Shown: one piece after another, positions 1-11,841 of the stretch | Layout: every line of letters starts with the position of its first letter | Numbering within the stretch: position 1 is the stretch's first letter | Source: Chiloscyllium plagiosum | Lineage: Eukaryota | Assembly: GCF_004010195.1 (NCBI RefSeq) | Contig: NC_057750.1 | Span: forward strand, 17,518,499 to 17,582,498 | DNA: 64,000 nt | Direction of reading: 5' to 3' | The notes under the pieces: model-generated | What the model was told of the DNA's origin: nothing | The model's database searches: none | The model's input: the letters and a program-made list of their open reading frames with translations, nothing else | Made by a program: the position numbers and the translations under genes

Positions 1-372
1 GGAGTGCCGCACTGTTAGGGGGTCAGTACTGAAGGAGTGCCGCACTGGCAGAGGCTTAGTCCTCAGGGAGTACTGCGCTGTCAGAAATGTCGTTACTGGA
101 ATGAGATGTTTCCCTGAGGCCCCGTCAACTGTCTCAGGTGAATGTGAATGACCTCGTTGCAATATATATCCTTCAACCAATATCTTTAATCCAGATGATG
201 TGATCATTACCACAGACCCATTCATGTGGGCATGCTGTGTGTGTAAATTCACTGCTGCATTTACCACCTTACAACAGTGACTACACTTTGAAAAGCCCTT
301 CAGGGGCTTTCGAATGCTTGGCAACATTTTGAGGTTGTGCAAGTGCTTCATAAAAGTGTCGTACTTTCTTTT
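1..372 (+). mobile_element. Decayed Deu-domain SINE (SacSINE1/AmnSINE1-like), 5' end cut by the window
   Basis: GGAGTGCCGCACTG repeats, then GAGATGTT..CTGAGGCCCCGTC..CTCAGGTGAATGT, ACAACAGTGACTACACTT and a tail ending CTTTCTTTT; matches my recollection of the Deu-SINE body and tail. Confidence 0.7.
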
Positions 373-809
373 AAATCTGCTGCAAAACTCCTCTAATTTT
401 TTAGTCCTATCCCTTCATTTGGCAGAAGATTTGCTTCCTGTAACATAATGAATCCAGTGAATTGTATGATGGAAGAATTGTAATATCTTTACACATGTAT
501 TTCACACACAAGATCATGCCAGCAATGTTTTTATGCTGTGATGATTTTTGTTGTTGTATCCATTTGGCTTGTGGAGGAGCCTGTGATCTTGGAGTTGTAA
601 CATTCAGGGAACTGGATCTTTCACTAGTTGCCAGGGGTGAAGGGTAGGGTAGATCCATGCGTTTTAATAGAAAACTCAAATAATTCACTGAAGATCAGTT
701 CAAAGGACCTGGCTTCGTCGGGTGTGTGTGCGGACTGTGCTGAACATGGATTTCAATGTGATTTTTAATCCTCGTCTCCTCTCTTCCCTCCCACTACAGC
801 ATTTGGGAT

Positions 810-1880
810 CCCTAGTTCCCACCAGCATCCACATCCAGAGGATTATTAGCCATTGTTTCTGTCCCCTCCAGAGGAATGCCACCACCAGATACATATTTCC
901 CTTTTCTGCCAGCCTTCTGCAAAGAGCCTGAAGAAGGGCTTATGCCCGAAACATCGATTCTCCTGATTCCTGGATGCTGCCTGACCTGCTGCGCTGTTCC
1001 AGCAACACATTTTCAATTCTGCAAAGAGCCACCCTGGTCCACTCCCCCTTCACTCCCGTCACACCCCGCACTCCCCTGGCACCTTTTCCTGCAGTTGCTG
1101 AAGGTGTAATAGCTGCCCATTGACCTCCTCCCTCCTCAGTATCCAAGGGCCCAAACACACCTTTCAGGTGAAGCAGCACCTTACCTGCACTTCAGTCAAT
1201 CTACTGCATTCGCTGCTCGCAGTGTGGTCTCCTGTACACTGGGGGAATGAAGTGTAGACTGGGTGACCGTTTTACAGAACGCCTACGTATTGTCAGCAAA
1301 GAAGACCCCAAGTTTCCAGTTGCCTCCCACTCCAACACCCCACCCTGTTCTCTGGCCAATACCTCTGTCTCAGGCTTGCTGCAGGGCTCCAGCAAAGCTC
1401 AGTGCAAACAGGAAGAACAACACCCCATTGTCCTCTTGGGAATTCTACAGTCTTCTCGACCCCATATCAAGTTCAACAATGTTAGGACTTGAGACACCTT
1501 CTCCCTTGTCCTCACCCCAATCCCCACATACCAGGCCTTGTTATCACATGGTCTGCTTATAACAACCCATCGTTAGCCACTAATTGTCCACTAATAGCTA
1601 TTTGTTCTCCCAGGCTGATCATTATCCTTTCCTTATCTGTTCTCCTCTCTCTTTGAGCTCTATCTCTACCTATCATTTATTCCTTACTCCCTCCCTCCTC
1701 CCTATCTTCTGCACAAAACCCACCCTTTTTGTAGCTACCATCAGTTCTGAGGAAGGGTCATCGAACCCAAAACATTAACTCTAATTTCTCTCCACAGATG
1801 CTGCCAGACCTCTGAGTTTTTCCAGCAATTTCTGCTTTCGCCTCTGATTTCCAGCATCCGCAGTTCTCTCAGTTTTTATT
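810..1880 (+). mobile_element. Penelope-like retroelement 3' fragment with frameshifted GIY-YIG endonuclease and 3' pseudo-LTR
   Basis: Translations HIQRIISHCFCPLQRNATTRYIFP and CSQCGLLYTGG..RLGDRFTERL..PVASHSN..EEQH..LGILQ..IKFNN(stop at 1492) are typical of the Penelope RT C-terminus/GIY-YIG; pyrimidine-rich UTR; degenerate hammerhead at about 1743-1780. Confidence 0.85.
929..1016 (+). mobile_element. Short Penelope-derived hammerhead-bearing insertion (family A) nested in an older Penelope
   Basis: Flanked by a perfect 14-bp duplication TTCTGCAAAGAGCC (915-928, 1017-1030); carries CTGAAGA-A-GGGC/GCCC-GAAA-CA-TC. Confidence 0.85.
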
Positions 1881-1955
1881 TGGGGGTCTTTAATTTGTTC
1901 ATTGTTTCACAATTTCCTATCAACCCATCTATTCCAGCCTTAATTCCTCCCTTTG

Positions 1956-2700
1956 AAAGAAAGACTTGCATTTATATCCCACCTTTCACAAGCTCGGGGA
2001 TTTCCAAAGTGAAGTACTTTTGGTGTGAAGTTGCTGTTGTGGTGTAAGAAACGTTGATTGATTTGATTTATTGCCAACGTCATGGCAACCAATGTTTGAG
2101 CAGCAAGCTCCCACAAGCGGTACCATGGGAGAGATGAGTAGAATGATCAGGTGATTGTTTCTGATCAGTATGGACATGATGTGCTTAGATTAGATTACTT
2201 ACAGTGTGGAAACAGGCCCTTCGGCCCAACAAGTCCACACCGACCCGCCGAAGCGTATACCACCCAGACCCATACTCCTACATTTACCCCTTCACCTAAC
2301 ACTACGGGCAATTTAGCCTGGCCAATTCACCTAACCTGCACATTTTTGGATTGTGGGAGGAAACCGGAGCACCTGGAGGAAACCCACGCAGACACGGGGA
2401 GATTGGTGGACTGAAGGACCTTTTTCTGTGCTATCAATCTCTATGACTATGACATGATGATCTGCCTTTAGAGGTGTTCATTTGGGGATAAATATTGGAC
2501 GGAGTAAACATGCCAATGTTACTTCAAAGCAGAACCTTTTTCCATCAGGCTGGCAGATTAGACAATTGAACATCTCGGCTAGAAAGTAGTGCCTCAGACA
2601 CTGCTTCAGCATGAAGGTTCTGCTCAGGAGTCCGTAGTAGGACAGCTCGCACACTCTGCAGACTCAGAGGTGATTGGGTTCGCTGCCTGAGTCCACTTGA
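1956..2700 (-). mobile_element. Decayed Deu-domain SINE, interrupted by an HE1 SINE
   Basis: AAAGAAAGACTTGCATTTATAT tail (reverse complement of the Deu tail), CAGCAAGCTCCCACAA, GGGATAAATATTGG. Confidence 0.6.
2186..2402 (-). mobile_element. HE1-like V-SINE, 5'-truncated
   Basis: TTAGATTAGATT tail, CAGTGTGGAAACAGGCCCTTCGGCCC, V-domain TGTGGGAGGAAACCGGAGCACC. Confidence 0.9.
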
Positions 2701-3249
2701 CCACTCACATTGCGTCTGGCCAATATTCGGACGACTCAAACCTTTTTAAACCGGAGCAGCGTTTACAAATGAAGAAGCTTGTATCATGCAAAAAATCTTG
2801 ATGTAATTTTTGCTTTCAGTGTTAAAGAAATCCACGGAGGTGTGAATCAAACAGTTTCCATAACAGATGGGCAATGTGCATTGTAAGTTTGACATCTAAC
2901 CAGCAGGCTGAAAAGCTCAATGTCATCTTCGGATTACTGCCCGAGCCACATGCAAGTTGGCACAGGGATGTGGGAATAAGGGAAGTGGCTAAAGGAGTGG
3001 TGTGAGAAAGAGGGGTTCCAGTTCACAGAGCACTGGCACCAGTATTGGAACAGGAGGGATCCGTACCATTGGGATCATCTCCTCCTGAACTGAGCTAGGA
3101 CCAGTATTCTAGTGAAAAAGGTCAATACGGTGGTCAACAGGACTTTAAGCTAGGCAATGAAAGTGGGGGGGGCGGCGGGGTGTGTGGCAAGGTACAGATA
3201 AAACTCTAAGAAGTATAACGACCAATCGGAAGCAAAGCTGCAGATTAAC

Positions 3250-3308
3250 GTGTGTCTGTGTGTATGTGTGTGTGTGTGTATGTGTGTGTGTGTCTGTGTG
3301 TGTGTGTG
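3250..3308. repeat. (TG)n microsatellite
   Basis: Direct reading. Confidence 0.95.
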
Positions 3309-3523
3309 GCAACTGCATTGAAAAATATGAAACCACAGTAGGACAGTGTGATTGGAAAGAATTAGGAATCAAACTTCAAACACACTGGATAAACAAATGA
3401 CAGTGAGAAGAGGGACGGCTAGTACAGAACTGAAGGTGTTATATCTGAGTGCGCAAAGTATATGGAATAAGCTTGTGGTGCAGATTGAAATTGGCAAGTA
3501 TGACATGGTGGGCATCATGGAGG

Positions 3524-3744
3524 AAGTGAGGACTGCAGATGCTGGAGATCAGAGTCGAGGGTGTGTTGCTGGAAAAGCGCAGCAGGTCAGGCAGCATCTG
3601 AGGAGCAGGAGAATCGATATTTCGGGCTGGAGCCCTTCATCAGAAATGTTTCCTGATGAAGGGATCTGGCCCGAAACATCGATTTTCCTGCTGCTTGGAA
3701 GCTGCCTGACCTGCTGTGCTTTTTCCAGCAATACATTCTCGACA
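3524..3744. mobile_element. Fold-back Penelope-derived mini-element (family A) with two divergently oriented hammerhead motifs, inserted in the CR1 APE region
   Basis: Inverted arms of about 90 bp (3554-3643 / 3653-3743); TSD ATGGTGGRCATCATGGAGG at 3505-3523 and 3745-3763. Confidence 0.88.
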
Positions 3745-4697
3745 ATGGTGGACATCATGGAGGCGTGTCTGCAAGGGGATCGGGATTGGGAGCTGAATAT
3801 TCAAGGATTTGCATCCGATCGAAAAGACAGGCAGAAGGGGTGGGGTTGCCTTGTAAGTGAAAAATGAAATTAAATCAGTAGCAAGAAACAAAGGAGGTCA
3901 GATGGTCTAGAATCGGTACGGGTAGAGTTGAGGAACCGCAAAGGTCACAAAACCATACTGGGAGTTATCTACAGGCCTCCAAACAGTGGTCAGGGTTTGG
4001 GGCAGAAGGTACACCAGGAGATAGGGAAGGTGTGTAAGAAAAGTAAGGTTACAGTGATCATGGGGGATTTCAAAAGGCAGGTACACTGGGAAAATCAGGT
4101 TGGTAGTGGATTGCAAGAAAAGGAATTTCTGGAATGTCTGGGATGTGGCTTTTGGGAGCAGCTTTTGGTGGACCCCACTAGGGACCAGGCAAAACTGGAT
4201 TTAGTGTTGTGCAATGAGGCACAAGGGATTCTAAGGTGATAGAACCCTTAGGAGGCACTGACAATAATATGATAGAATTTACTCTGCAATTTGAGACAGA
4301 GAAGATAGAATAAGGGGTAACAGAGATAGCTGAATAAAGGCAACTACAGAGGCATGAGGGAGGAGCTGGGGAGAATTGACTGGGAGAGGAGCCGAGCAGG
4401 GAGGACAATGGAACAGCAATGACAGGGGTTTCTGAGAGTAATTCAGGAGACACAGCAGAGATTCATCCCGAGGGAAAAAGAAACATGGTACAGGGAGGAT
4501 GAGGCAACCGTGGCTAATTAGGGAAGTCAGGGCCAGCATAAAAGCAAAAGAGAAAGCTTATAAAGTAGCAAAGGGCATTGGGAAATCAGAGGATTGGGAA
4601 GCTTATAAAGACCAGGAAAGAAATTAGGAGGGAAATGATTAAGTAAGCTAGCCAGTAATATTAGGAAAGATTGCAAGCATTTCTTTAGATATATGTC

Positions 4698-4795
4698 GGG
4701 GAATGGGTCTGGGTGGGTTGCGCTTTGGCGGGTCGGTGGAACTTGTTGGGCCGAAGGGCCTGTTTCCACACTGTAATGTAATGTAATCTAATCTA
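4698..4795 (+). mobile_element. HE1 SINE 3' fragment inserted in CR1
   Basis: GGGAATGGGTCTGGGTGGG..GGGCCGAAGGGCCTGTTTCCACACTGT and (AATCT)n tail; short ATATA duplication. Confidence 0.85.
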
Positions 4796-6868
4796 ATATA
4801 AAAGCCAAAAGAGAGGCAAAAATGGACATTGAGCAACTGGAAAATGATGCTGGAGAAGTGGTAATGGGGAACAAAGAAATGGCTGAGGTACTGAAGAAGT
4901 ACTTTGCATCAGTCTTCACAGTGGAAGGTGAGTTATAGCCCAAACATTCAAGAGAGTTGGGGGGGTCAGAGATGGGTACAGTGGCCATCACCAAGTAGAA
5001 GTTACTAGAAAAATGGAAAGTGCTCAAAGTGGATAAATCACCTGGATCAGAAGGACTACACCCTAGAGTTCTGAAGGATTCAGCTGAAAAGATAGTGGAG
5101 GCTTTAGTGGTATCACTGTAGTCAGGGAGAGTCCCAGAGGAGTGGAAAATCGCTAATGTAACCCCCCCCCCCCCCACCGGTTAAGAAAGGAGTAAGGCAA
5201 TAAAAGAGAAATGATAGACCGATTAGCCTGACTTCAGTCATAGGTAAGATCCTGGAGTCGGTTATGAAGGATGAGATTTCTAAATACTTGGAAGTGTTTA
5301 GTAAAATAGGGCACAGTCAGCATGGTTTCATCAAAGGGAGGTCATACCTGACAAATCTGCTAGAATTCTTTGTGGAGGTAACGAGCAGGTTAGACCAAAG
5401 AGAGCCAATGGATGTGATCTACCTGAACTTCAAGAAGGCCTTTGAGAAGGTGCCACACAGGAGTCTGATGAGTAAGATAAGGGCCCCATGGTGTTAGAGG
5501 CAAGGCACTCGCATAGATAGAAGCTTGGCTGTCCGGCAAAAGGCAGGGAGTGGGATAAAAGGATCCTTCCCAGGATGGCAGCCGGTGACCAGTGATGTTC
5601 CACAAAGCTCAGTATTGGGACCACAACTTTTTGTTTTGTACATTTAACAATCTGGATGAAGGGACTGAGGGCACTCTGGCTAAGATGGCAGATGTTACAA
5701 AGATAGTTAGAGGGGTAGGTAGCGTTGAGGAGGTGGGGGGGGGGGAGGCTGCAGAAGGATTTGGACAGGTTAGGAGGGTGGGCAAAGAAGTGGCAGATGG
5801 AGTACAATGTGGGAAAGTATGAGATAATGTACTTTGGTAAGAAGGCTGGAGGTGTGAACTATTTTCTAAATAGGGAGAAAATTCAGAAATCTGAAGTGCA
5901 AAGAGACTTGGGAGTTCTAGTTTCTCTTAAGGTAAACGTAAGGTTGAGTCAGTAGTCGGGAAGGCAAATATAATGGTGTCATTCATCTCAAGAAGATTCG
6001 AATATAAAAGCAGGATACACTTCTGAAGCTATATATCTTCATAGACTTCTGGGTAATGTGGGTGGAAGCCAAATATTAATTGAGCATGAATATAGCAACA
6101 ACTTGAGGCCATTCAGCCCTCTTGAGTATTCTTCGCCATTGACTTACATCATGACTGACCTGGATCCTAATCTATCTATCTTACTTTGCTCCTTATTGTC
6201 ATATAAAACTCTATAGATCTCACTTTTGAAGTTTTCACTGGGCTAGATTCATCAGGGGTGTCATTGGATTCACTTCCAGTTGTTCAAGATGAGGAAGGAA
6301 ATGGGTGCTGATGGGTCAAGCCATCACCTTGGTGGAGAAACAGTCGAAATAATCACAGTGCAAGGCACCACAAAAATTAATGAACGCAAATTCCTTCCTA
6401 CAGATGTCCCACTTGCTGACCCCAAAGCCCAGGGATTGGAGAAGCCTTATTTTAAGTGCTTCATTTGTTGTATTCCATCAGATGGGGCACTGATAGTTAC
6501 CCTGAAATTTAACTCTGCATTGCTGTAAATTTATCTCGAGTTGCTGTTACTGAAAGGTCTTGGCGTTCTGATGTATTGATAATGCATTTTTCAAAATGAC
6601 CGCACTCACTACATTGAAACAGCAACTGCACAATCAGAGCAGGTTACCAATACAGACCATAAACCAATGGTTGAAGGGACATTGCCGCCAATACTTTCCT
6701 CACACTTCACACGAACTGCTCAGGGAGTATGGTCCTTTGTTGCAGGTGTGACGGATGTGTGCAGTGAGATGAAGCCAGCAGCATAACTCAGATCTGGTGA
6801 CAGTCTTTTAGGCTGTTCTCTGAAAAGGCCATTCTCTGAATAGGCTTCTGTTTGTCATTCCCTCTAGT

Positions 6869-7176
6869 GGGCGACACGGTGGCACGGTGGTTAGCACTGC
6901 TGCCTCACAGCACCAGAGACCCAGGTTCGATTCCTGCCTCAGGCAACTGACTGTGTGGAGTTTGCACATTCTCCCTGTGTCTGCGTGGGTTTCCTCCGGG
7001 TGCTCCGGTTTCCTCCCACAGCCCAAAGATATGCAGGTTAGGTGAATTGGCCATGCTAAATTGCCTGTAGTGTTAGGTAAGGGGTAGATGTAGGGATATG
7101 GGTGGGTTGCGCTTCGGCGGGTCGGTGTGGACTTGTTGGGCCGAAGGGCCTGTTTCCACACTGTAAGTAATCTAAT
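6869..7176 (+). mobile_element. Full-length HE1-like V-SINE (tRNA-derived)
   Basis: Pol III A box (TGGCACGGTGG) and B box (GGTTCGATTCC), V-domain, CR1-like 3' stem GGGCCGAAGGGCC, TAATCTAAT tail. Confidence 0.93.
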
Positions 7177-7774
7177 AAAAAGCACAGGACAATTATACAA
7201 GACCAATTTTCAGAAATGAATCATAGATTGTGAGGGACATTGATTGCAAGGACTGCTGTGGGAATAAGGTTTTATCTTCAGATAGCTCAAAAATATGCTG
7301 TTCTTCCAATTTTCTCTATCCTCATCCCAATAAAAATGTGGAATCAAAAACTAGTCTAATATTGATTGTCAGAAAAGATTAAATTTACCACAAGCTAAGT
7401 TCCCTCCTGATCCTGACGATATTGAACTGAAGGCTTATTGCCTTGTTACTTGCTTTGAGTTACTCCTCCCCCACACCTCTGCGGCGATTCAAAATCCCAT
7501 CAATCAGTCCTTTCTTCTGCAATCTTTCAAACGTAAAAAAAAACCCAAAGACTGATGGATGCTGGAAATCTGAAACAAAACAGAACTGGCTGGGGAAACT
7601 CAGCTGGTCTGTCAGTATCTATGGAGAGAAAGCAGAGTCAACACTTCTTCAGCAATTTGCTTCTTCTGAGTCAACACTTCTCCTGAGTTTCTCCAGCAAT
7701 TTGCTTTCTATTGTGAGCAGAATGCCACAGACCGCAGCGTGTAATCCAGACAGGACAAGACACCAATTGCTTGT

Positions 7775-8180
7775 GGCTAGGAAGAGGTTGGTACCTATGC
7801 TGAAGATGGCAGGGCGGGAAAGGGAAGGAGTAATCGGTAGTAGGAGACGGAGCCCAGAGAGTGCCAGCAGCAGTTGGGCAGGCAAAGGAGTGGGTACTGA
7901 TGAGTCGGGGAGAAACTAAAGCTGCTAATGGGGGCGGGGAGGGCATTAGTGGGTGAAAATGAGTTGGCTGTGGTGAAAGCAGAGTGGGGTGCTGGAAAAG
8001 CACAGCAGGTGAGGCAGCATCTGTGGTGAAAGCAGCCCATGTGATGCCAAAGTTTGGTGTGTGGAGGTGGGGCAAGGACTTGGAAGTGGGCCCTAAAATT
8101 ATTGAACTCGATATTAATTCCTGAAGGCTGCAGTATCCCCCAGGTTGAAAATGAGATGCTGTCCTCTCAGTTTGCTCTGT
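7775..8180 (-). mobile_element. Penelope-like 3' fragment (GIY-YIG C-terminus plus UTR)
   Basis: Minus strand reads QSKLRGQHLIFNLGILQPSGINIEFNNFRA, homologous to about 1400-1492. Confidence 0.8.
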
Positions 8181-8189
8181 CTTTACCCC

Positions 8190-8370
8190 AGTAAAAATGT
8201 GGAATAAAAAATCTAGTCTAATATCAATTGTCACTAAAAAACATCTGGTTCACTAATGCCTTTCAGGGAGAGAGAGCTGCTGTCCTCACCTGGTCTGGCC
8301 TACATGTGACTCCAGGCTCACGGCAATGGGGTTGACTCTTAACCGCCCTCTGGGTAATTAGGGATGGGCT
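8190..8370 (+). mobile_element. LF-SINE-like fragment
   Basis: CATCTGGTTCACTAATG..CCTGGTCTGGCCTACATGTGACTCCAG..GTTGACTCTTAACCGCCCTCTGGGTAATTAGGGATGGGC. Confidence 0.7.
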
Positions 8371-10014
8371 AGAAGTAGTGGATGCTGGAAATCCAAAACA
8401 AAAGTGCTGGAGAAACTCAGCAAATCTGCCAGCTTCTGCAGAGGGAGAAGTAGAGTTAATGTTTTGATTCTGATAAAAGAGTTGTATCGGACTCCAAACA
8501 TTAACTCTAATTCTCTTTCAGCAGAATGTTGTCAAACCTGCTGAGTTTCTCCAGCAATTTGCTTTCTGTTGTGAGCAGAATGCCACAGACTGTAGCGTGT
8601 AATCCCGACAGGACAAGACACCAACTGCAAATTAGGCAGAAACGATGCAGAGATATTATGAAAGCTATTGAGAAAGGAATATGAAATAGAGACAGACAGA
8701 TAATGGGGACAGACAAAAATGTGAAAGCAAATACAGTTCTAAGTTTTATTCTCTTGAAAGCCACTAACATTTCGAAAAGAATGTGTCTGCATAACTATAA
8801 AGTTAGTTATTTGAGGCCAGAGAGGTTGCAAAGTAGTAATTATCAAACATGCGGTAAAAATCTCTCCACTGTGAATGCGCCAGCCCCACTGTCGTTAGTG
8901 GGCAAACATCCACTTTGTGAACTATCCCTGGGTCAGTAATCCAGAAGCAGCACCACCCCACCCCACCCCACAACAGGACCACCACACCCCCCCCCCCATA
9001 AACCCAACCATCAGGGCTCGGGTTGAAATACCACTGCAACAGCTTGATTGCAAAGTCTGGGTCAGAGGGTCTCAGTGGGTGTCAGTAGCTCCAGGAGAGA
9101 TGCTAGGGTAAAGGTAGGCAGCAGTGTTCCCTCAATGTAACATGGATACATGTCTGCAGCAGCAAAGGAGCATGCATTGTGCAGCGAATGAACAAGCCCT
9201 GCACATGCACCATTCCCATTAAGGTGCACACATTTGTGAGTACGTGTTGGTCTTAAAGGCCCGTGCAGTGCAACAGGCTAGTTTTCTACAGCCAATGGAA
9301 ATGAGAGGCAATGTTGCCTGGCCAAGTGTTGGTTGAGATCGTGGAACAGGCAGCCCTGTCTGTTGTGTTGTGTAAACTGGACAGTGGTCAAGAGAAAATG
9401 TTGCAGAAATCAGAAGCAAAAAGCCTTTCTATCTTTGAAATGAAAATTCACAAAGTTATTTATTGAAAAACTGCGCTGCATTGGGACCTGTTTGAATCTA
9501 TAGCACTCTGTTTAATTTGACATCAAACAGCAGATGCAGTGCTAGTTGGTAATATAAAACCCATTAAAGAAATACAGTGGAGAATCGACAGATTGATTCA
9601 AGCTTTACTCTGCTGATCCTCCCTACAAAATTGGTGCGATTTGCGGGCAACAGACTAAGAAAACAGCAAAGTGTAAGGATTTAATGTGTTCTGTTAAAGG
9701 GCAAATCTATATTTGGATTAATGACATTTCTTGCAAATTACCTCGCATCGACAGGAAGCCAGGCTCCTCAGTGAGAATTTCAATGATGTAGCTGGTGCGT
9801 TGGGTTGAATTTCTGTAGGGCTTCTCTTGGTCATTGATCGTACCTTTCAATCCATCCTTCACGAACCCATCATATCCCAAAGTGCTTCACAGCCAACCAA
9901 ATAGATCTCAACTGTAGCTGCTCTTGTAAATTATTTGTGGCAACCAATTCCACAGACAGCAAAAGAATTCAGGATCAGAAAATCCGTTCCAAATGACGTG
10001 CGTGAAGGGATCGT

Positions 10015-10800
10015 AAGATCTCAAGAAGTAGGAGCAGGAGTAGGCCATTCATCCCATCAGAACTACTCTGCTGTTCAGTAAGATCATGGCTGATTGGATT
10101 GGGGCCTTACACCACTACCTGAACTCCCGATAACCCTTGATTCCCATTCGGATCAAAACTCAGTCAAACTCAGTCCTGAATATATTCACTGACCCACTAC
10201 TCTCTGAGGGAGAGAATTCCAAACAATATTGACTCTCTGAGAGAAGGAAGTGCGCCTCACCTCTGCCTCAACGGGACGATCCCATATTTGTAAACCGTGC
10301 TGCCATGTTTTAATACGATCACCTATTGTTTTTACCTAAACTCAGATGAGTATAGAGCCAACCTGCAGAAGACAAACCCATCATCTCCAGAGTCAACCTT
10401 GTGAACCTTCTCTGAATTGCTTCCAGAACAAGTAGAAACCCTTAATGAAGGAGAACGTCATACAGTTGTCCATTTGTGGTTTCCCCAGTTGCAGCAAGAT
10501 GTCTCTATTTTTCTGCTCCATCTTAGTTGCAATAAGGGCCAGCATTCCATCTGCCTGCCTAGTTCCTTCATGTACTGCCTGCTGATCTCTTATGATTCAT
10601 GTACAAGGACACCCAAGTCTCTCTGCAGCATTCTGCTGTGTCTCTCCATTTAAAATTAACCTGCTTTTCTCTGCTTCCCGACAGAGTGGGTCACAACACA
10701 TTTTCCCACGTTGCACTCCATTTGCCTGATATCTGCCCACTCACTGAACCGATCTATAATCCCTTGCAGACTCCTTATGTCCTCTGCACAATCTACTTGC
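10015..10800 (-). mobile_element. Old CR1 LINE 3' fragment
   Basis: GAAGTAGGAGCAGGAGTAGGCCATTC tail; GAATTCCAAAC, GTGAACCTTCTCTGAATTGC and CAAGGACACCCAAGTC correspond to RT C-terminal motifs such as DLGV. Confidence 0.75.
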
Positions 10801-10933
10801 CTCCCTGACCTGACTGACCCAGACACGATGGGCCGTAGACCTCTATGACTAGCTTTGGGCCATCATCAAATAACTTCTAACCTTGGTGAATCTGGGGAGA
10901 GTCCATCTGCTGTTGTTAACAATAGAACCACAA

Positions 10934-11150
10934 AGAAAGCAAAATAGACTTGCATTTATGTAGCGCCCATTCACATTAAAGCACTCCAGAGTTAAATCAA
11001 GTGCTTTTGATGAATGGCAGCTGCTGTGGGAAATGCAGCAGTTAATCTGTGCACAGCAAGCTCTCCCAAAGAGCAGTGAACAAAACAATCTGTATTTTTG
11101 GTGCTGGTTAAGGCATAACTATTGGTCAGGACAACGGAGGATTCCGTCAG
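10934..11150 (-). mobile_element. Deu-SINE 3' fragment
   Basis: AGACTTGCATTTATGTAGCGCC..GCACAGCAAGCTC. Confidence 0.65.
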
Positions 11151-11520
11151 TGAATTCACAGAAATGTAGTCGATTCTTAACTGCCCTCTGGGCAATCAGG
11201 GATGAGTAATTAATGCTGGCCCAGCCAGTGATGCCTTCATCCCATGAATGAAGAAGAAAGATTACGCTGGTCTATTCTTGCTGCCTTTCTCGAACAACAG
11301 AACCATATTAGCTATGGTCCAATCACCTGCCACTTCACCTGGAGCCAGCAAAGTATTAGATTTCTGCAGCAGGGTCCCAGCAAACTCTTCCCTTGTCTCC
11401 CAACACTCAAGAAACTTGACACCGTCCAGGACAAAGTAACTTGCTTGATTGGCACCACATCCACTCCCTCCACTACCAACGCTCAGTGGAAGCAGTGCGT
11501 ACTATCTACAAATGGTCCAC

Positions 11521-11840
11521 AAGGGGTATGGATAGAGTAGGGGAGTCCAGAACTAGAGGGCACAGGTTTAAGGTGAAAGGGGAAAGATTTACAAGGGACC
11601 TAAGGGGCAACATTTTGACACAGAGGGTGGTGTGTGTGTATGGAATGAGCTGCCAGAGGAAATGGTGGAGGCTGGTACAATTACAGCATTTAAAAGGCTG
11701 GATGGGTATGTGAATAGGAGGATTTGGAGGGATATGGGCCAAATGCTAGCAAATGGGACTACATTGGGTTGGGATATCTGGATGGTATGGAAGCGTTGGA
11801 CCAAAGGGTCTGTATTGTGCTGTACAACTCTACTACTCTA
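11521..11840 (+). mobile_element. CR1/HER1 LINE 3' end
   Basis: RGMDRV..RTRGHRFKVKGERF..TQRVV..WNELPEEMVEAGTITAFK; GGACCAAAGGGTCTGT 3' stem. Confidence 0.9.
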
Positions 11841-11841
11841 T

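Larger units (their letters stand above)
2930..6035 (+). mobile_element. CR1-clade LINE (HER1-like), decayed: ORF1 esterase end, ORF2 APE endonuclease and reverse transcriptase pseudogene; 3' end missing
   Basis: LKVLYLSAQSIWNK..KYDMVGIME, GVIYRPPNS, IMGDF, VDPTRDQAKLDLVL (APE); SQHGFIKGRSYLTNLLEFF, MDVIYLNFKKAFEKVPH, LQKDLDRLGGWAKKWQMEYNVGK, QRDLGV (CR1 RT); many stops and frameshifts. Confidence 0.93.

Noticed and set aside
407..688. Possible host exon (93-aa minus ORF)
   Set aside because: No recognisable domain or convincing splice pair; cannot be supported without RNA-seq or BLAST
3352..5955. Functional reverse transcriptase gene
   Set aside because: Multiple stops, frameshifts and insertions, and a degraded catalytic motif (MADVTK instead of FADDTK)
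6869..6945. tRNA gene
   Set aside because: tRNA-derived SINE head with A/B boxes continuing into the V-domain; the same applies to the other HE1 heads
9122..9316. hAT-type MITE (CAGTGTTCCCTC ... GAGAGGCAATGTTG)
   Set aside because: Terminal match is weak and no 8-bp TSD is visible; too degraded to call
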